Assembly (NCBI GenBank): GCA_023205875.1
Contig: CP060761.1
Span: 310,001-374,000 of the forward strand
Reading direction: 5' to 3'
Source: Chloropicon primus
Lineage: Eukaryota
DNA: 64,000 nucleotides
Each line of letters starts with the position of its first letter. Positions within the stretch are counted from its first letter, which is position 1. The notes under the pieces were generated by a model. It searched no databases. It saw only the letters and a list, made by a program, of their open reading frames with translations, and was not told the DNA's origin. Made by a program: the position numbers and the translations under genes. Positions 30,018-40,450 of the stretch are shown here, piece after piece.

Positions 30018-32288
30018 TTAATCCAATTCGATGACTGTCGTTGTCGTGGTGGTCGTGGTGGTGACGGTCCTGGGCGTTGTGGTGACGGTCGCGGGCGTGG
30101 CGATCCTGGTTTGAGGGACCCCCGGTGTTCTATGAACTACGGTCCTTGGTTTACGGGCATGAGGCGGCACCCAATTGCCATAGGGCTGGGCGGGCGTGCC
30201 ATAGGGCGAGCAGGGCAAGTCCCCATACTGGATTCGAGATGGGGCGGCCAGTCCAGGTATCGCCGTAACCTGGGTCGCTAGACGCCAAAGTTCGTCCTCC
30301 TGCTCGTGGATCGATGGATTTCGATCGCCAAACCTCTGCCCAGGCACAATGACCTCATCTTCCTCATCCGAAGAGAGAAGGGAGACAACCTCGGGCTCTG
30401 GCCGCGGGCGCTTCTTGATGCCTTGCGCCTCCAGCTCTCCCGCAGCTCTCCTCATCTCCTCCTCCTCGTCGATCTCCTCGCTCTCACTCTCTTCTTCCTC
30501 CAAAGGAGCAGGCACGTCAAAGTCGAAATACGGGCCATCTTTGCCGTTGTAGGGCCTCCACTTGCCCTCATCGTTCAGTTCAATGCACTCCACCGACCCA
30601 TTCAGCTCCAAAATCTTCTTCACGTATTGGTCCTCCTCAAGGTCGCAGATCTGTATTGCCTTTCTGCAGTGGGGGCACTGCCACTTCTTTGTCTTCTGCG
30701 CCGCCTTCAAGAATGGATCGAGGTCGAAGCACTTTTGATGCTTGCACGCGTCAGACTTCACAGGCACCTTCATTCTGGTTCCACCGAGCGGACAAATCAA
30801 GGACATCTGGATGCTGCTGAACCCCAGTTCCGAGCCTCGCATCTTGAACAGTCCTTTCACCCTCTTTACGAGCTCGTCACGCAGCTCGGGCTGCCTCTTC
30901 ATGTGCCTCTTCACGTTCTCCAAGTTCTCGTCCTCGTAAAGCTGCACGATCATCACGAAATTCCTGGTATCCCTGGTACACATCGTAATCGTGTTGAGGC
31001 CCCTGTGGGCATAAGCGCTGATGTCGACGATCATGTCTCTCGTGTTGTCACTAAGGTCCTTGTTGCTGCACCTGTTGTAAATCTTGACGTTCCTGCCGTT
31101 GAACGTCACGTCCGCCGACTTCGGCAGATGGATTCTGTTCTGGATCTTGTCCTCCACGAGCAGGCAGGCCAACCCCAAGTAAACCTTCTTGGGCGCCGCG
31201 CTGAAAAGGGCTCTGTAGGCTTTGTCATCGAGCATAAACCCCCGCCTGTAGGTGCAGACGTTCTTCCTATACATGTGCTCGTTCTGCCCGCCTTCTCTTG
31301 TCACGGCATAGTACTGGCTCAATTGGAGCGTCGGGCTGGGGATGTAGAAGGGGTCTGCCATGAGCACCCTGCACTTGAAGCACATCTTGACCTTCGGAGA
31401 CTTGTCCTTTCCCGCTCCCATAATGCACTTGACGTGTTGCCAGACGCCACAATTCTTGCACTGCAGCATCGGGTTTTGCGGCAGGAACGCTGCGCCGACA
31501 GGAACACTGTTGTTGCCGCAAATGCAGTCCACCACAATGGCTGCCGGCGCACTGGAGGAAGGCCCAGGTCCAGCGGCCCCGCTCTCCTCCCCGAACGCAG
31601 ACCCGAGCTGAGCGTTCATGGACGTCTTCTCCATGGCCTCCCGCTTGATCCTCAGCTTGAGCGGGCTCCCGGCACTCTTACTGACGCGGAACTTTACAGA
31701 GTCGTTCCTCACCCCCGAGAAACTCCGCACCAGGGCGGCAGTGTTCTTCCCCTGGCGCAACAGAGCCAACGAGTACTGCCCGGGGTCCAGAGGTCCCATG
31801 GCGTCCACCATGTCCTTCCGGAGCATCTGGTTGTGGTACGAATACCTGAACCCCCCCACCTTCATCACTTGGTAGTACACCAGCTTGATGATGAACCCAG
31901 GGTGTATGTCTGGGTTCACCGCCTCCTCCAGACGACTCGTGAGAGGACTGGTGACGAGAAAGTTCTCACTGTTGGGGGCTCCGTCCTTCATACTCATGTA
32001 GCACCTCGGATCCAGCGCAAGCTTCTGCAACAGGTACGTCAGCTTGTCCCGCTTCGACATGGAACCCAAGGAAGGCACCCTCGCCTTCGTCCGGCTCATG
32101 AGCAAGCTAAGCACCTTGTTCAACTCCGCGACTCGAAAGATGTTCGACACCACGTACTTCAACCAAATGTAATACCCTTCCACGGGAAGATCCACCAAAG
32201 CATTCACCTCCTCCACTTGCTTCCTCAAGTCCGTCGGAAGCTTCCTCAAGTGTCCCTCCGTCGCCTCCGCGTCACTCGTGGCCTCCAT
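30018..32288 (-). CDS. SIZ1: SIZ/PIAS-type SUMO E3 ligase (SAP-like, PHD, SP-RING/MIZ)
   Basis: PHD CICG..QCKNCGVWQHVKC..CFKCR..DPFY; SP-RING SLICPLGGTRM..CKHQKCFD..WQCPHC; SIM-like VVSLLSSDEE. Confidence 0.88.
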   Translation of the reverse strand: MEATSDAEATEGHLRKLPTDLRKQVEEVNALVDLPVEGYYIWLKYVVSNIFRVAELNKVLSLLMSRTKARVPSLGSMSKRDKLTYLLQKLALDPRCYMSMKDGAPNSENFLVTSPLTSRLEEAVNPDIHPGFIIKLVYYQVMKVGGFRYSYHNQMLRKDMVDAMGPLDPGQYSLALLRQGKNTAALVRSFSGVRNDSVKFRVSKSAGSPLKLRIKREAMEKTSMNAQLGSAFGEESGAAGPGPSSSAPAAIVVDCICGNNSVPVGAAFLPQNPMLQCKNCGVWQHVKCIMGAGKDKSPKVKMCFKCRVLMADPFYIPSPTLQLSQYYAVTREGGQNEHMYRKNVCTYRRGFMLDDKAYRALFSAAPKKVYLGLACLLVEDKIQNRIHLPKSADVTFNGRNVKIYNRCSNKDLSDNTRDMIVDISAYAHRGLNTITMCTRDTRNFVMIVQLYEDENLENVKRHMKRQPELRDELVKRVKGLFKMRGSELGFSSIQMSLICPLGGTRMKVPVKSDACKHQKCFDLDPFLKAAQKTKKWQCPHCRKAIQICDLEEDQYVKKILELNGSVECIELNDEGKWRPYNGKDGPYFDFDVPAPLEEEESESEEIDEEEEMRRAAGELEAQGIKKRPRPEPEVVSLLSSDEEDEVIVPGQRFGDRNPSIHEQEDELWRLATQVTAIPGLAAPSRIQYGDLPCSPYGTPAQPYGNWVPPHARKPRTVVHRTPGVPQTRIATPATVTTTPRTVTTTTTTTTTVIELD

Positions 32289-32917
32289 GGTGCCACCGAA
32301 GCGACGCGATGACAGATGTTCTCAAACAAAACAAAACCCGTCTCCCGTGACTCAAAACGAGTCAACCCACCTACCGTTCGAAAGATCTCGAGACAAAATT
32401 TCGTCTGATCCTCCTCTCCTCCCATCAATCTCTCTCCCTCGCGCGCGCTCTCGTCCTCCGTCTGCGCGACTCTCACTCCCCTCCTCACCGCCTCATCGAT
32501 CGCGATCGATTGTCAAAGCGATCATCGGCTTGGCGCGCGAGACGACGACGACGAGGTGAGTTGTTGTTTTGGTGACGGAGGGTGCGGGGAAGAAGGAGGG
32601 AGCGTGTGACAGGCGCAAATTTTGTGTCTCGCTCTTTCGAATGAGCTCTCACTTGAAAGGAATGACCCAGTGGTGTGGAAGCTTCGACGACTGATGGGAA
32701 GATCTCTCTCTCTCTCTCTCTCTTCGACCTTGTTTCTGTCTCTCTCAGGGTTTGAGGTACGTCTGACGACGAGGACGAGGGAAAGGGCAAGAGCGTGGGC
32801 TGCCGAAGGGACCGTTACGTGTTACTATTTCGAACGACGTCACACTTCGAACGTTTTGCGGAACGGAAACAGACTGAAACGTTTTGTTGTTGTTGTTGTT
32901 GACGATTGACGTAGGAG

Positions 32918-33238
32918 ATGGTTGCGTCCGAGAAGGTCGCTGCGGCGCTGAGGGGAGCGCAGGAGACGAGCGACCAGAAGGGAAGGGTGGAAGCGTTCTG
33001 CAAGGCCATCGACGTCGCCGTGGAGCCAGGGACGAGTACAGTGTACGAGGACTGCGCCGAGATCATTCACCAAGTCTTATCGCCAGAGGTCTCGCAGTGG
33101 GTGAGCCGCGATGCTTTGCACCACCTTGGATCGAGTCTCGTCAAGGTGGAGAAGGGGGTTCGGCAGAAGATTGCAGAGCAGTGAGTAACAAGGACGCCAG
33201 GAGCTGCGAGCTGCGCCGCTTTTTCTGACCCGTTCATA

Positions 33239-33282
<44 letters not shown>

Positions 33283-34334
33283 GCATCTTGGAACTCGTGC
33301 AGCCACGGGCTGCGAACTTCGAGGAGCAGGTGACGGTCGTGAGGGAGATCCTTTGCGACTTGCTCGAGGAGCAGAAGCAGTGGAACCGAGCTGCGGAGAC
33401 TTTGACTGGGATTAACCTGGACAGTCACAACAACAGGACGTTCGACGACAAGTACAAGCTGGAAAAGTGCTTGAAGATAGCCACGCTCTTCCTCAAGGAC
33501 GAGAGGCACTCCAAAGCGGAGACGTTCTTGAATCGCGCCGCGTTCGTGCTGGGCTCCTGCAAGGCCGATTCCACCTTGAACCTGCTGTACAAGTCCTGCT
33601 ACGCGAGGGTGCTTGACAACAAGTGCAAGTTCTTGGAAGCCGCGTTGAGGTACTACGAGATCTCGAACTTTACGGCAAAGGAGGGTGCCGGGGAAGGGAG
33701 CACGAGCGCTTCCACGGTGCTGCTGGATGGAACAGAAGTAGGGGAGCTTCAAGAGGCGGCGCTCATGGATGCTGTTATCTGTTCCGTATTGGCGAGCGCA
33801 GGCCCTCAAAGGTCGAGGGTCCTCGCCACCCTGTACAAGGACGAGAGGTGCGTCAAGCTGAAGGGGAGTTGCTACTCCATCTTGCAAAAGGTTTACATGG
33901 AAAGGATCCTCGGTCCGCACGAGGTCAGGGAGTTCTCGGAGTTGCTGAAGCCGCACCAGAAGGCCAGCAAGGCGGACAAGGGGTCCTCCGAGACTACGGG
34001 CACGGTGCTGGAGCACGCCGTCATCGAGCACAACCTGCAGAGCGCCAGCAGGCTGTACAAGAACATCAGCTTCCACGAGCTTGGGCGCCTTCTGGGGATA
34101 GAGGCAACGAGGGCGGAGAAGATTGCCGCCAGGATGATCGTGGAGGGGAGGATGGGGGGGCAGATTGATCAAGTGGATAGCTTCATTTACTTTTCGTCGA
34201 ACTCCCAGGAGGACGGGGGCAGCGCCGAGGTGGGCGCCTGGGACCAGCAGATCAGGAGCCTGTGCCAGGAGGTGAACTCCATTCTGGACAAAATGCAGGG
34301 CAAGGGATACAACGTCGACGCGGCCTTGGGCTGA
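32918..34334 (+). CDS. CSN4: COP9 signalosome subunit 4; exons 32918-33180 and 33284-34334
   Basis: [66 protein letters not shown] intron 33181-33283. Confidence 0.93.
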
Positions 34335-35119
34335 TGACACTGGTTAAGCTGCTCTCTTGGCCGTCTATTGTTCATTGTAATAACATGCCACCGCTTTCCC
34401 GTTTTCCACGAGGAGCACCGGCAAAAAACTATTTTTTTCCCATCTCATCACCTCATCTTTCTCTCTTGAACTCAAGTTGCTCGTCTGATTCCTCCTCTTG
34501 TCCCCTCCTCTTTCCTCTAAACAAACTCAAGAGCTTGGCGTCGACGATGTCCACGTCCTCATATCATCCTCATCCTCTCTCTCGAAACGACAAAGTTGCA
34601 ACTCCCATGCCGCTTCTCCAGGGCTTGGCAAAGTTGAAGCTCGACTGCAGCTTCACCGAGCGCCGCTTCACCCTCCACCGTGTCCTTGGCGTCGCTTGAC
34701 TTCATCCCCAAGGGGTTTGGAAGACGGTCACCTCCTTGGTACCTGGGCAGCGGAGAACAATGTGCAGAACAAAGAACAAAGAACAGGATCCTAGATTCGT
34801 CCAAGAGGTAAGTTTTGGCTCTGGACCTCATGGGTCTAGTCGCCCTAAAAGTGCCACAAGATGGCGTCTTGGTCAACACTGACTCGGTTCTTGCATTGAT
34901 CCAGAACGCGGTGGTGGGCCAAGGAAAACAGGAAGTGGGCAAAGATGTTGCTGCTCCCAACCCAAAGGTGAGTGGCTTGGGGTCATGATGATGCATCCCA
35001 TCCTGGTGGAAGAGAGAGAGAGAGAGGGAGAGAGGGAGAGGGTCCCAGTGTCTCTCAGATACGTCTTTGGTTTGGTCTGACTCGGTTCTTGGTTTTGCGA
35101 CATTGCCCTGGTTGTGTCG

Positions 35120-36832
35120 ATGATGAAGGAGAAGGAAGGGGACTTGGGGTCTGGACTTAAAGCGAAGACGACGATAGGGAAGCGGATGCGGCGGTCGAAG
35201 AAGGATACGCGAGAGTCGATAAGTTACGAGTGCCTGAGATCTTTGTTCAAGTACCCACTGGAGAGGGCGGCCAAGGAGCTGAACGTCTGTGGAAGGACAT
35301 TGAGAAGGCGTTGCGTGGATTTTGGGATCGAGAGGTGGCCATACTTTCGAGTTGCTTCGCGCAAGAGCGTGCAGGAGAGCTTGGCCAGGGAGGCAGCGGG
35401 TACATGCGGAAAGGACACTGACACTGGTACCTTGGTCACTCTCAGAAAGTCTGCTGCGGGGAGGAAGCCGTCCTCATCGAGGCGGAAAAGTGCTGACGAG
35501 GCCAGGACGATGGCTCTGATCAAAGGCCAGGTGGAGATTGTGTTGCCCCTTGTGTTCGGCTTCGAGAACGACTTGAAGAAGGAAAGGTCGAAGAGGATCG
35601 AAGAGAGAAAGAGCGTGCTGTTGCAGACCGAAGTGTTGTGCAAGAAAGCTTCTTGCCGACAGCTTATGGATGAAGTGGAGGGCTTGAAGGAATGCATCTA
35701 CGCCCCCCCGGAGGTCGCCGACAGGCTGCTCGAGGAGAAGGACATGGGAAAGTTAATTTTGGTGCTGAAGGAGCTCGGGTCGAGGATAGGAGGAGGGGCC
35801 TCCGCCTGTCTCGAAGAGGAGACGGCACAAGCAAAGCACCTGGCGACGCTCTCGTATCACATCGGCCCAGCGCTGGCCAAGGAGGTGGCAAAGTATCACA
35901 CGACTGCCCGATCCAATTTGTATAATAACTCCGCGGTAATGTCGTGGTGGCTCGCGGGACTCGGGTACGAGAACTTGGACAAGTCAGAAGGGATCTTGGA
36001 GGGGGTCAAGCGGCTCCAAGATCAGATCGACCAAGGGTCGATCCAGGCGATGGCCATCTTTGGCCGTCTGCTGAAGTTCGAAGGCCTGCCGCCTCCGGTA
36101 CATCACTTCAAGACCGTCGACCTGGCGACAGAGACGGAGGAGAGAGAGAGCTTGAAAGAATTCTTGTGCAAGGTCCAACGCATGGAGGCGGAGGGGACGG
36201 GGAAGGTGGAAGAAAAGCGCCAGAAACTGGAGGTCATGTGCTCCAGGAAGTTGGCGGAGAGAGTGAGGAATATCCGGCACAGGCACGCCATGGATCACTT
36301 GATGGATGCCGCTGGAAAGTACAGGAGGATGGAGCTCAAAGACCTCGTCGAGATCTTCGTCAGCACCTCCTCTAACTTTGATGGCGCTGCTGGGAGGGCC
36401 AACCTTAACGATCTGCCGACCATGGACCTCCGACTAATCGTCAAACTGGTGGAGGAGGTTAAGTTGAGGTTCATGCACCTGAACGGGGATCTCAGGGGCA
36501 GCAACCTCTTTTCCACGGGGAACGCCCTGTACGAGCACTACGTCGCGGTCCTCACGTTGAGTCTGGGGCCCAGGGCCGCCAAGGCGCTCCTGTCGGCCCA
36601 CATCGATGGGGACTCCAACCTTTACTCCAACTCGTACTTCATGGCCTGTTGGCTCGTGGGTCTGGGCTACCCGAGCGGTAACGAAAAGTGGGACAACATG
36701 GACATGTGGGTGCAGTCCCTGTCCGAGAAGATCAGCAAGGGGGAGCTCGAACCCATGTCAATCCTGGCCCACTACCTGGAGGAGAACGACCTGCCTTGGA
36801 TCCTCAACCGGTACGCCAAGCGCGGCGAGTGA
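35120..36832 (+). CDS. RWP-RK domain transcription factor with duplicated C-terminal domain
   Basis: LRSLFKYPLERAAKELNVCGRTLRRRCVDFGIERWPY. Confidence 0.82.
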   Translation: MMKEKEGDLGSGLKAKTTIGKRMRRSKKDTRESISYECLRSLFKYPLERAAKELNVCGRTLRRRCVDFGIERWPYFRVASRKSVQESLAREAAGTCGKDTDTGTLVTLRKSAAGRKPSSSRRKSADEARTMALIKGQVEIVLPLVFGFENDLKKERSKRIEERKSVLLQTEVLCKKASCRQLMDEVEGLKECIYAPPEVADRLLEEKDMGKLILVLKELGSRIGGGASACLEEETAQAKHLATLSYHIGPALAKEVAKYHTTARSNLYNNSAVMSWWLAGLGYENLDKSEGILEGVKRLQDQIDQGSIQAMAIFGRLLKFEGLPPPVHHFKTVDLATETEERESLKEFLCKVQRMEAEGTGKVEEKRQKLEVMCSRKLAERVRNIRHRHAMDHLMDAAGKYRRMELKDLVEIFVSTSSNFDGAAGRANLNDLPTMDLRLIVKLVEEVKLRFMHLNGDLRGSNLFSTGNALYEHYVAVLTLSLGPRAAKALLSAHIDGDSNLYSNSYFMACWLVGLGYPSGNEKWDNMDMWVQSLSEKISKGELEPMSILAHYLEENDLPWILNRYAKRGE

Positions 36833-37011
36833 AAGGAGCATCTGCTGCAGCAGCAGAGGGGCGTGAAGGGGGACATATTGGTGGGAGAGGGAGAGGGATC
36901 GTCGCAGAGTTTGTAGCAGATGTATGTATTTTGTAGGGTACTGCCCTTTTTTTTGTGCATAAATACATATATATTACGACGTTCCTGATCCTGATTCCTC
37001 TCCTCTGCCGT

Positions 37012-37189
37012 TTCATTTCTTGACCCATCGAAAGCAGTGGAGAGCAAGCAAGAGTCCTTCCTTGGATCGTAGTTTCTCTGGCCCCTTCCTTTCTTCCCCT
37101 TCCCCCTCATCCCCTTCTTGCCCCATCGAAAGCAGTGCAGAGCAAGCAAGAGTCCTTCCTTGTATCGTAGTTTCTCTGGCCCCTTCCCC
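37012..37189. repeat. Repeat family B, two tandem copies (98-bp period)
   Basis: Units begin ~37020 and ~37118; same sequence as 20419-20497. Confidence 0.9.
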
Positions 37190-37318
37190 TTCCCCCCTTG
37201 CCCTCGTCCCCTTGTCCATCACATCATCCCTCCATCCTCCTGGTTCGCCAGGAGGCCCCTCCCCTCTGCAGGATTTCGTCCACCTCCCTGGATTTTCGCG
37301 CCCTTCGCCTTTCCTCCA

Positions 37319-39070
37319 ATGGATGACGCAGGATCTCGAGCGCTGCGTCCTCAGAAGATGGCGGTGGGTCAGGGTTGGAGCAAGCGGACGCATGGGTGGC
37401 CAACACTTGAGGAGGTTCGTAACGGAAGACGACGCGCCGCGAGGGCAACCTCAGGACGACTCCGCTTGCGAGGTTGCGAGGCGAGAAACGTGGTAAGCGG
37501 TGTGCGACACTGCAGAACGAGTGAGGGACTCGTGGAGTGTTCCCGGCCCGGGCAACCGAATGGGAGGTCAACGAGGGGGAGGGAGGGGAAGGGGAGGGGG
37601 GAGAGGTGCGTGGTTGGAGGGACAAGCGGGAGCAAGCAAGCGGTGACCGTGAAGAAGAGGCGGAAGACCGAGGGACTGGGAGGTGGAGGGCCTGAGCAGA
37701 ACCTTAGCATCAATGACAGTATTATAGCCATCGCTCTCCCGGCTTTCTTTGCGCTCGCTGCGGATCCCATAGCGTCTCTGGTGGACAGTGCTTGGATCGG
37801 GAGGATAGGTGCGGTGCCTCTCACGGCGAGCGGCTTGGCGATAGCGGTGCTGAACATCGTGGTGAGGCTCTTCAACACCCCTTTGCTCAGCGTGACGACC
37901 AGCGTCATCGCGAAGGCGTACGTCTCTCCGAAGAGGGATCTCTCTCGGGCGGCCAGCATCGCGCTGGAGCTGGGGGCGCTTGCCGGGGCAGCGCAAACGA
38001 TGCTGCTGTTCGTGGGGGCGCCGTTTCTGATTCACCTCATGGGGGTAGACAGCGGAACGGACGGGGTGCTGTACTCCACCGCGGTGAGCTTTCTCAGGAT
38101 AAGGGCTCTTGGTGCCCCGGCCGTCGTCCTCCTGCTGACGACGCAAGGCATCTTCAGGGGCTTGGGGGACACCAGGAGGCCGTTGTACGCCACTCTGGCG
38201 GGTAACATACTCAACGTGGGGCTCGCTCCCCTCTTCATCTTTGGCCTAAACGTCGGCGCGGACGGGGCGGCTTGGGCGACCGTGGTGTGCGAGTACATCT
38301 CCGCCCTCTACCTGCTGTACGTGGTCTACGACAAAATTCCAGGGCTTCAGATCGGATCCACCCTCTTCAAGGACCAGAAGAGCTTCTCCGGGCCCGCCAA
38401 GAAGCTCCTTTCGACGTCGGGGGTCCTGGCTTTCAGAAGCTTGTGCGTTGTCGGGACCTACGCCATCGCCAGCTCCTGGTCCCTCGAGGCCGGCGAGGAG
38501 CTCAGCGCGTCCCACCAGGTGTGCCACCAGCTCTGGACGGGGTCCACGCTCCTCGCGGACGCGCTCGCGGTGGCGGCGCAGACTCTGATGGCCCAGAGCA
38601 TCACAAGGGAGGACAAGGACGCCGTGCTCGAGATCGTGAAGAAGGTTTTGGGCATCGGGCTGATGCTGGGGACCACGACGGCCGTCCTCATCCAGGTCTC
38701 GAACGGGATCCTCCCCGAGCTCTTTAGCAGCGACGAGAGCGTTCTGGCTGGCATAGACCACCTCCTCCCCTTCGTGGTCCTGACCCAGCCGATCACGGCC
38801 CTGGCGTTTGTGCTGGACGGAGTGCTGTACGGCGGCTCAGACTTCAACTTCGCCGCCTCGTGCATGTTTGTCTCCGCAGCAAGCGCAGTCGCCGTCATGA
38901 CGGTCGGGATCAACTACTTTGCAGAGTCGGACTACGACGTCCTGACCTCCATCTGGGTCGGTTACACCGTCCTCATGTCCATGAGAACCATGGTCATCCT
39001 GTACAGAATGCAGATGAAAGACGCGCCCTTCAGAAAGTACCTGATCACAGAGAAGCCCGCCCGGGGCTAG
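37319..39070 (+). CDS. MATE efflux family protein (DinF/FRD3-like), probably organelle-targeted; start uncertain
   Basis: IALPA..ALAADPIASLVDSAWIG, PLLSVTTS, QGIFRGLGDTRRP, DALAVAAQ, QPI.ALAFVLDGVLYG.SDF. Confidence 0.9.
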   Translation: MDDAGSRALRPQKMAVGQGWSKRTHGWPTLEEVRNGRRRAARATSGRLRLRGCEARNVVSGVRHCRTSEGLVECSRPGQPNGRSTRGREGKGRGERCVVGGTSGSKQAVTVKKRRKTEGLGGGGPEQNLSINDSIIAIALPAFFALAADPIASLVDSAWIGRIGAVPLTASGLAIAVLNIVVRLFNTPLLSVTTSVIAKAYVSPKRDLSRAASIALELGALAGAAQTMLLFVGAPFLIHLMGVDSGTDGVLYSTAVSFLRIRALGAPAVVLLLTTQGIFRGLGDTRRPLYATLAGNILNVGLAPLFIFGLNVGADGAAWATVVCEYISALYLLYVVYDKIPGLQIGSTLFKDQKSFSGPAKKLLSTSGVLAFRSLCVVGTYAIASSWSLEAGEELSASHQVCHQLWTGSTLLADALAVAAQTLMAQSITREDKDAVLEIVKKVLGIGLMLGTTTAVLIQVSNGILPELFSSDESVLAGIDHLLPFVVLTQPITALAFVLDGVLYGGSDFNFAASCMFVSAASAVAVMTVGINYFAESDYDVLTSIWVGYTVLMSMRTMVILYRMQMKDAPFRKYLITEKPARG

Positions 39071-39418
39071 AATCCTGGGAGCAGGCAGGCAGAAGGGCAA
39101 GCAAGCAACTCAAGCAACTCAAAATTTTCGAACTTTTTTTTGACCCCTGTACCATAAAAAAAATTGATGTGTACCAATAAAAAAATGACAGACGAGAAAG
39201 CAACCCCCTCTGGCGTAGCCCCTCTCCTCCCCTCTCCCCTCCTCCGCTCCAAAACCATTCCATCGAGGGGAGGGAGCTTCTCTACCGAAAGCTTTTGAGG
39301 TGAGGCAGCCATCTGCCACATTTCACGGGGGTCTCGGCAACCCACCACAAGCCCCTCCCTCCCCATCCATCTCCTGGCTCCTCCCATCCAAGCTCCTCCC
39401 CTCGATTCTCTCGCCAGC

Positions 39419-39443
39419 TCGAGAGAGAGAGAGAGAGCGAGAG

Positions 39444-39485
<42 letters not shown>
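39419..39485. repeat. (GA)n microsatellite directly upstream of GUCD1
   Basis: ~65 bp of slightly imperfect GA repeat. Confidence 0.9.
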
Positions 39486-39488
<3 letters not shown>

Positions 39489-39502
39489 GGAGGTGTCTCG
39501 TG

Positions 39503-40300
39503 ATGACGGAGCTGAGCGAGCGACGGCGGGGGAGCGAGGAACCCGCGTCGTCGACGACGGAATCCGAAGGGGTCGACGTTTGCGTGAAGAAGGCGGTGCC
39601 TCACGTGCGGCAAGCCTTTAACTGGGACTGTGGCATCGCTTGCGTTCTGATGATTGTCCAAGCGAATGGTTTGAAGCATGTGGACTTGGGGTACTTGAGG
39701 GACGTGTGCGGCACGACGAGCATCTGGACGATCGACATCGCGCACCTCCTGCGTCACTTCGGTCTCAAGGTGAAGTACTTCACGGTGACGCTGGGAGCGA
39801 ACCCTGCTTACGCGGATGAGAAGTTCTACAAGGATCATATGCACGTGGACGAGGTGCGCGTGCATCAGCTCTTCGACCTCGCCAAGGACGCCGGGATCGA
39901 GGTGTTTCACAAGAGCTTGCAGTTGGAGGAGCTCGGGCGGATATGCGCCTCGCCAGAGAACTTGGTCCTGATTCTGGTGGACAAGAGGGTGCTGCAGCAG
40001 GGGAACCAGCGGGTCGCGGCGAGCCAGAACACAAAGGCCGCCGGGGTCACCAAGCACGCGAAAGCGGCGTCCTTGCTGTGCTGCGGCATGCTGGGCAGCT
40101 TGACCAGGAGCGGCTACATCGGGCACTACGTCGTGCTTTACGACTACAGCGCGGAGACCAAGGAGTACTGGGTGAAGGACCCCGCCTCCTACAACTCGAT
40201 CACGATCGTGAAGGAGGCGACGCTGGAGAAGGCCAGGAAGTCGTTTGGGACGGACGAGGACCTGATCATCGTTCCCTTCTCCCGGGCGGGGGGAGGGTGA
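39503..40300 (+). CDS. GUCD1: GUCD1 / Guanylate_cyc_2 family protein (C39-peptidase-like fold)
   Basis: VPHVRQAFNWDCGIAC, SIWTIDIAHLL, TVTLGANP.Y, YIGHYVVL, KDPA, ARKSFGTDED. Confidence 0.88.
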   Translation: MTELSERRRGSEEPASSTTESEGVDVCVKKAVPHVRQAFNWDCGIACVLMIVQANGLKHVDLGYLRDVCGTTSIWTIDIAHLLRHFGLKVKYFTVTLGANPAYADEKFYKDHMHVDEVRVHQLFDLAKDAGIEVFHKSLQLEELGRICASPENLVLILVDKRVLQQGNQRVAASQNTKAAGVTKHAKAASLLCCGMLGSLTRSGYIGHYVVLYDYSAETKEYWVKDPASYNSITIVKEATLEKARKSFGTDEDLIIVPFSRAGGG

Positions 40301-40450
40301 TTCTTAAACAATGCAATGCTTTCCACTTGCGGCGGGCGTGTTTGATATAAAACCAGCTTTATACTTTTTATTTCGCTGAAAACGTCCGTCGACGGACGTG
40401 CGCGCTCGTCGTCGCTTCTGAGTTTCAAAATTAAAATGAGGAGGCGAAGG

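Noticed and set aside
30306..32312. 668-aa plus-strand ORF
   Set aside because: Antisense shadow of SIZ1.
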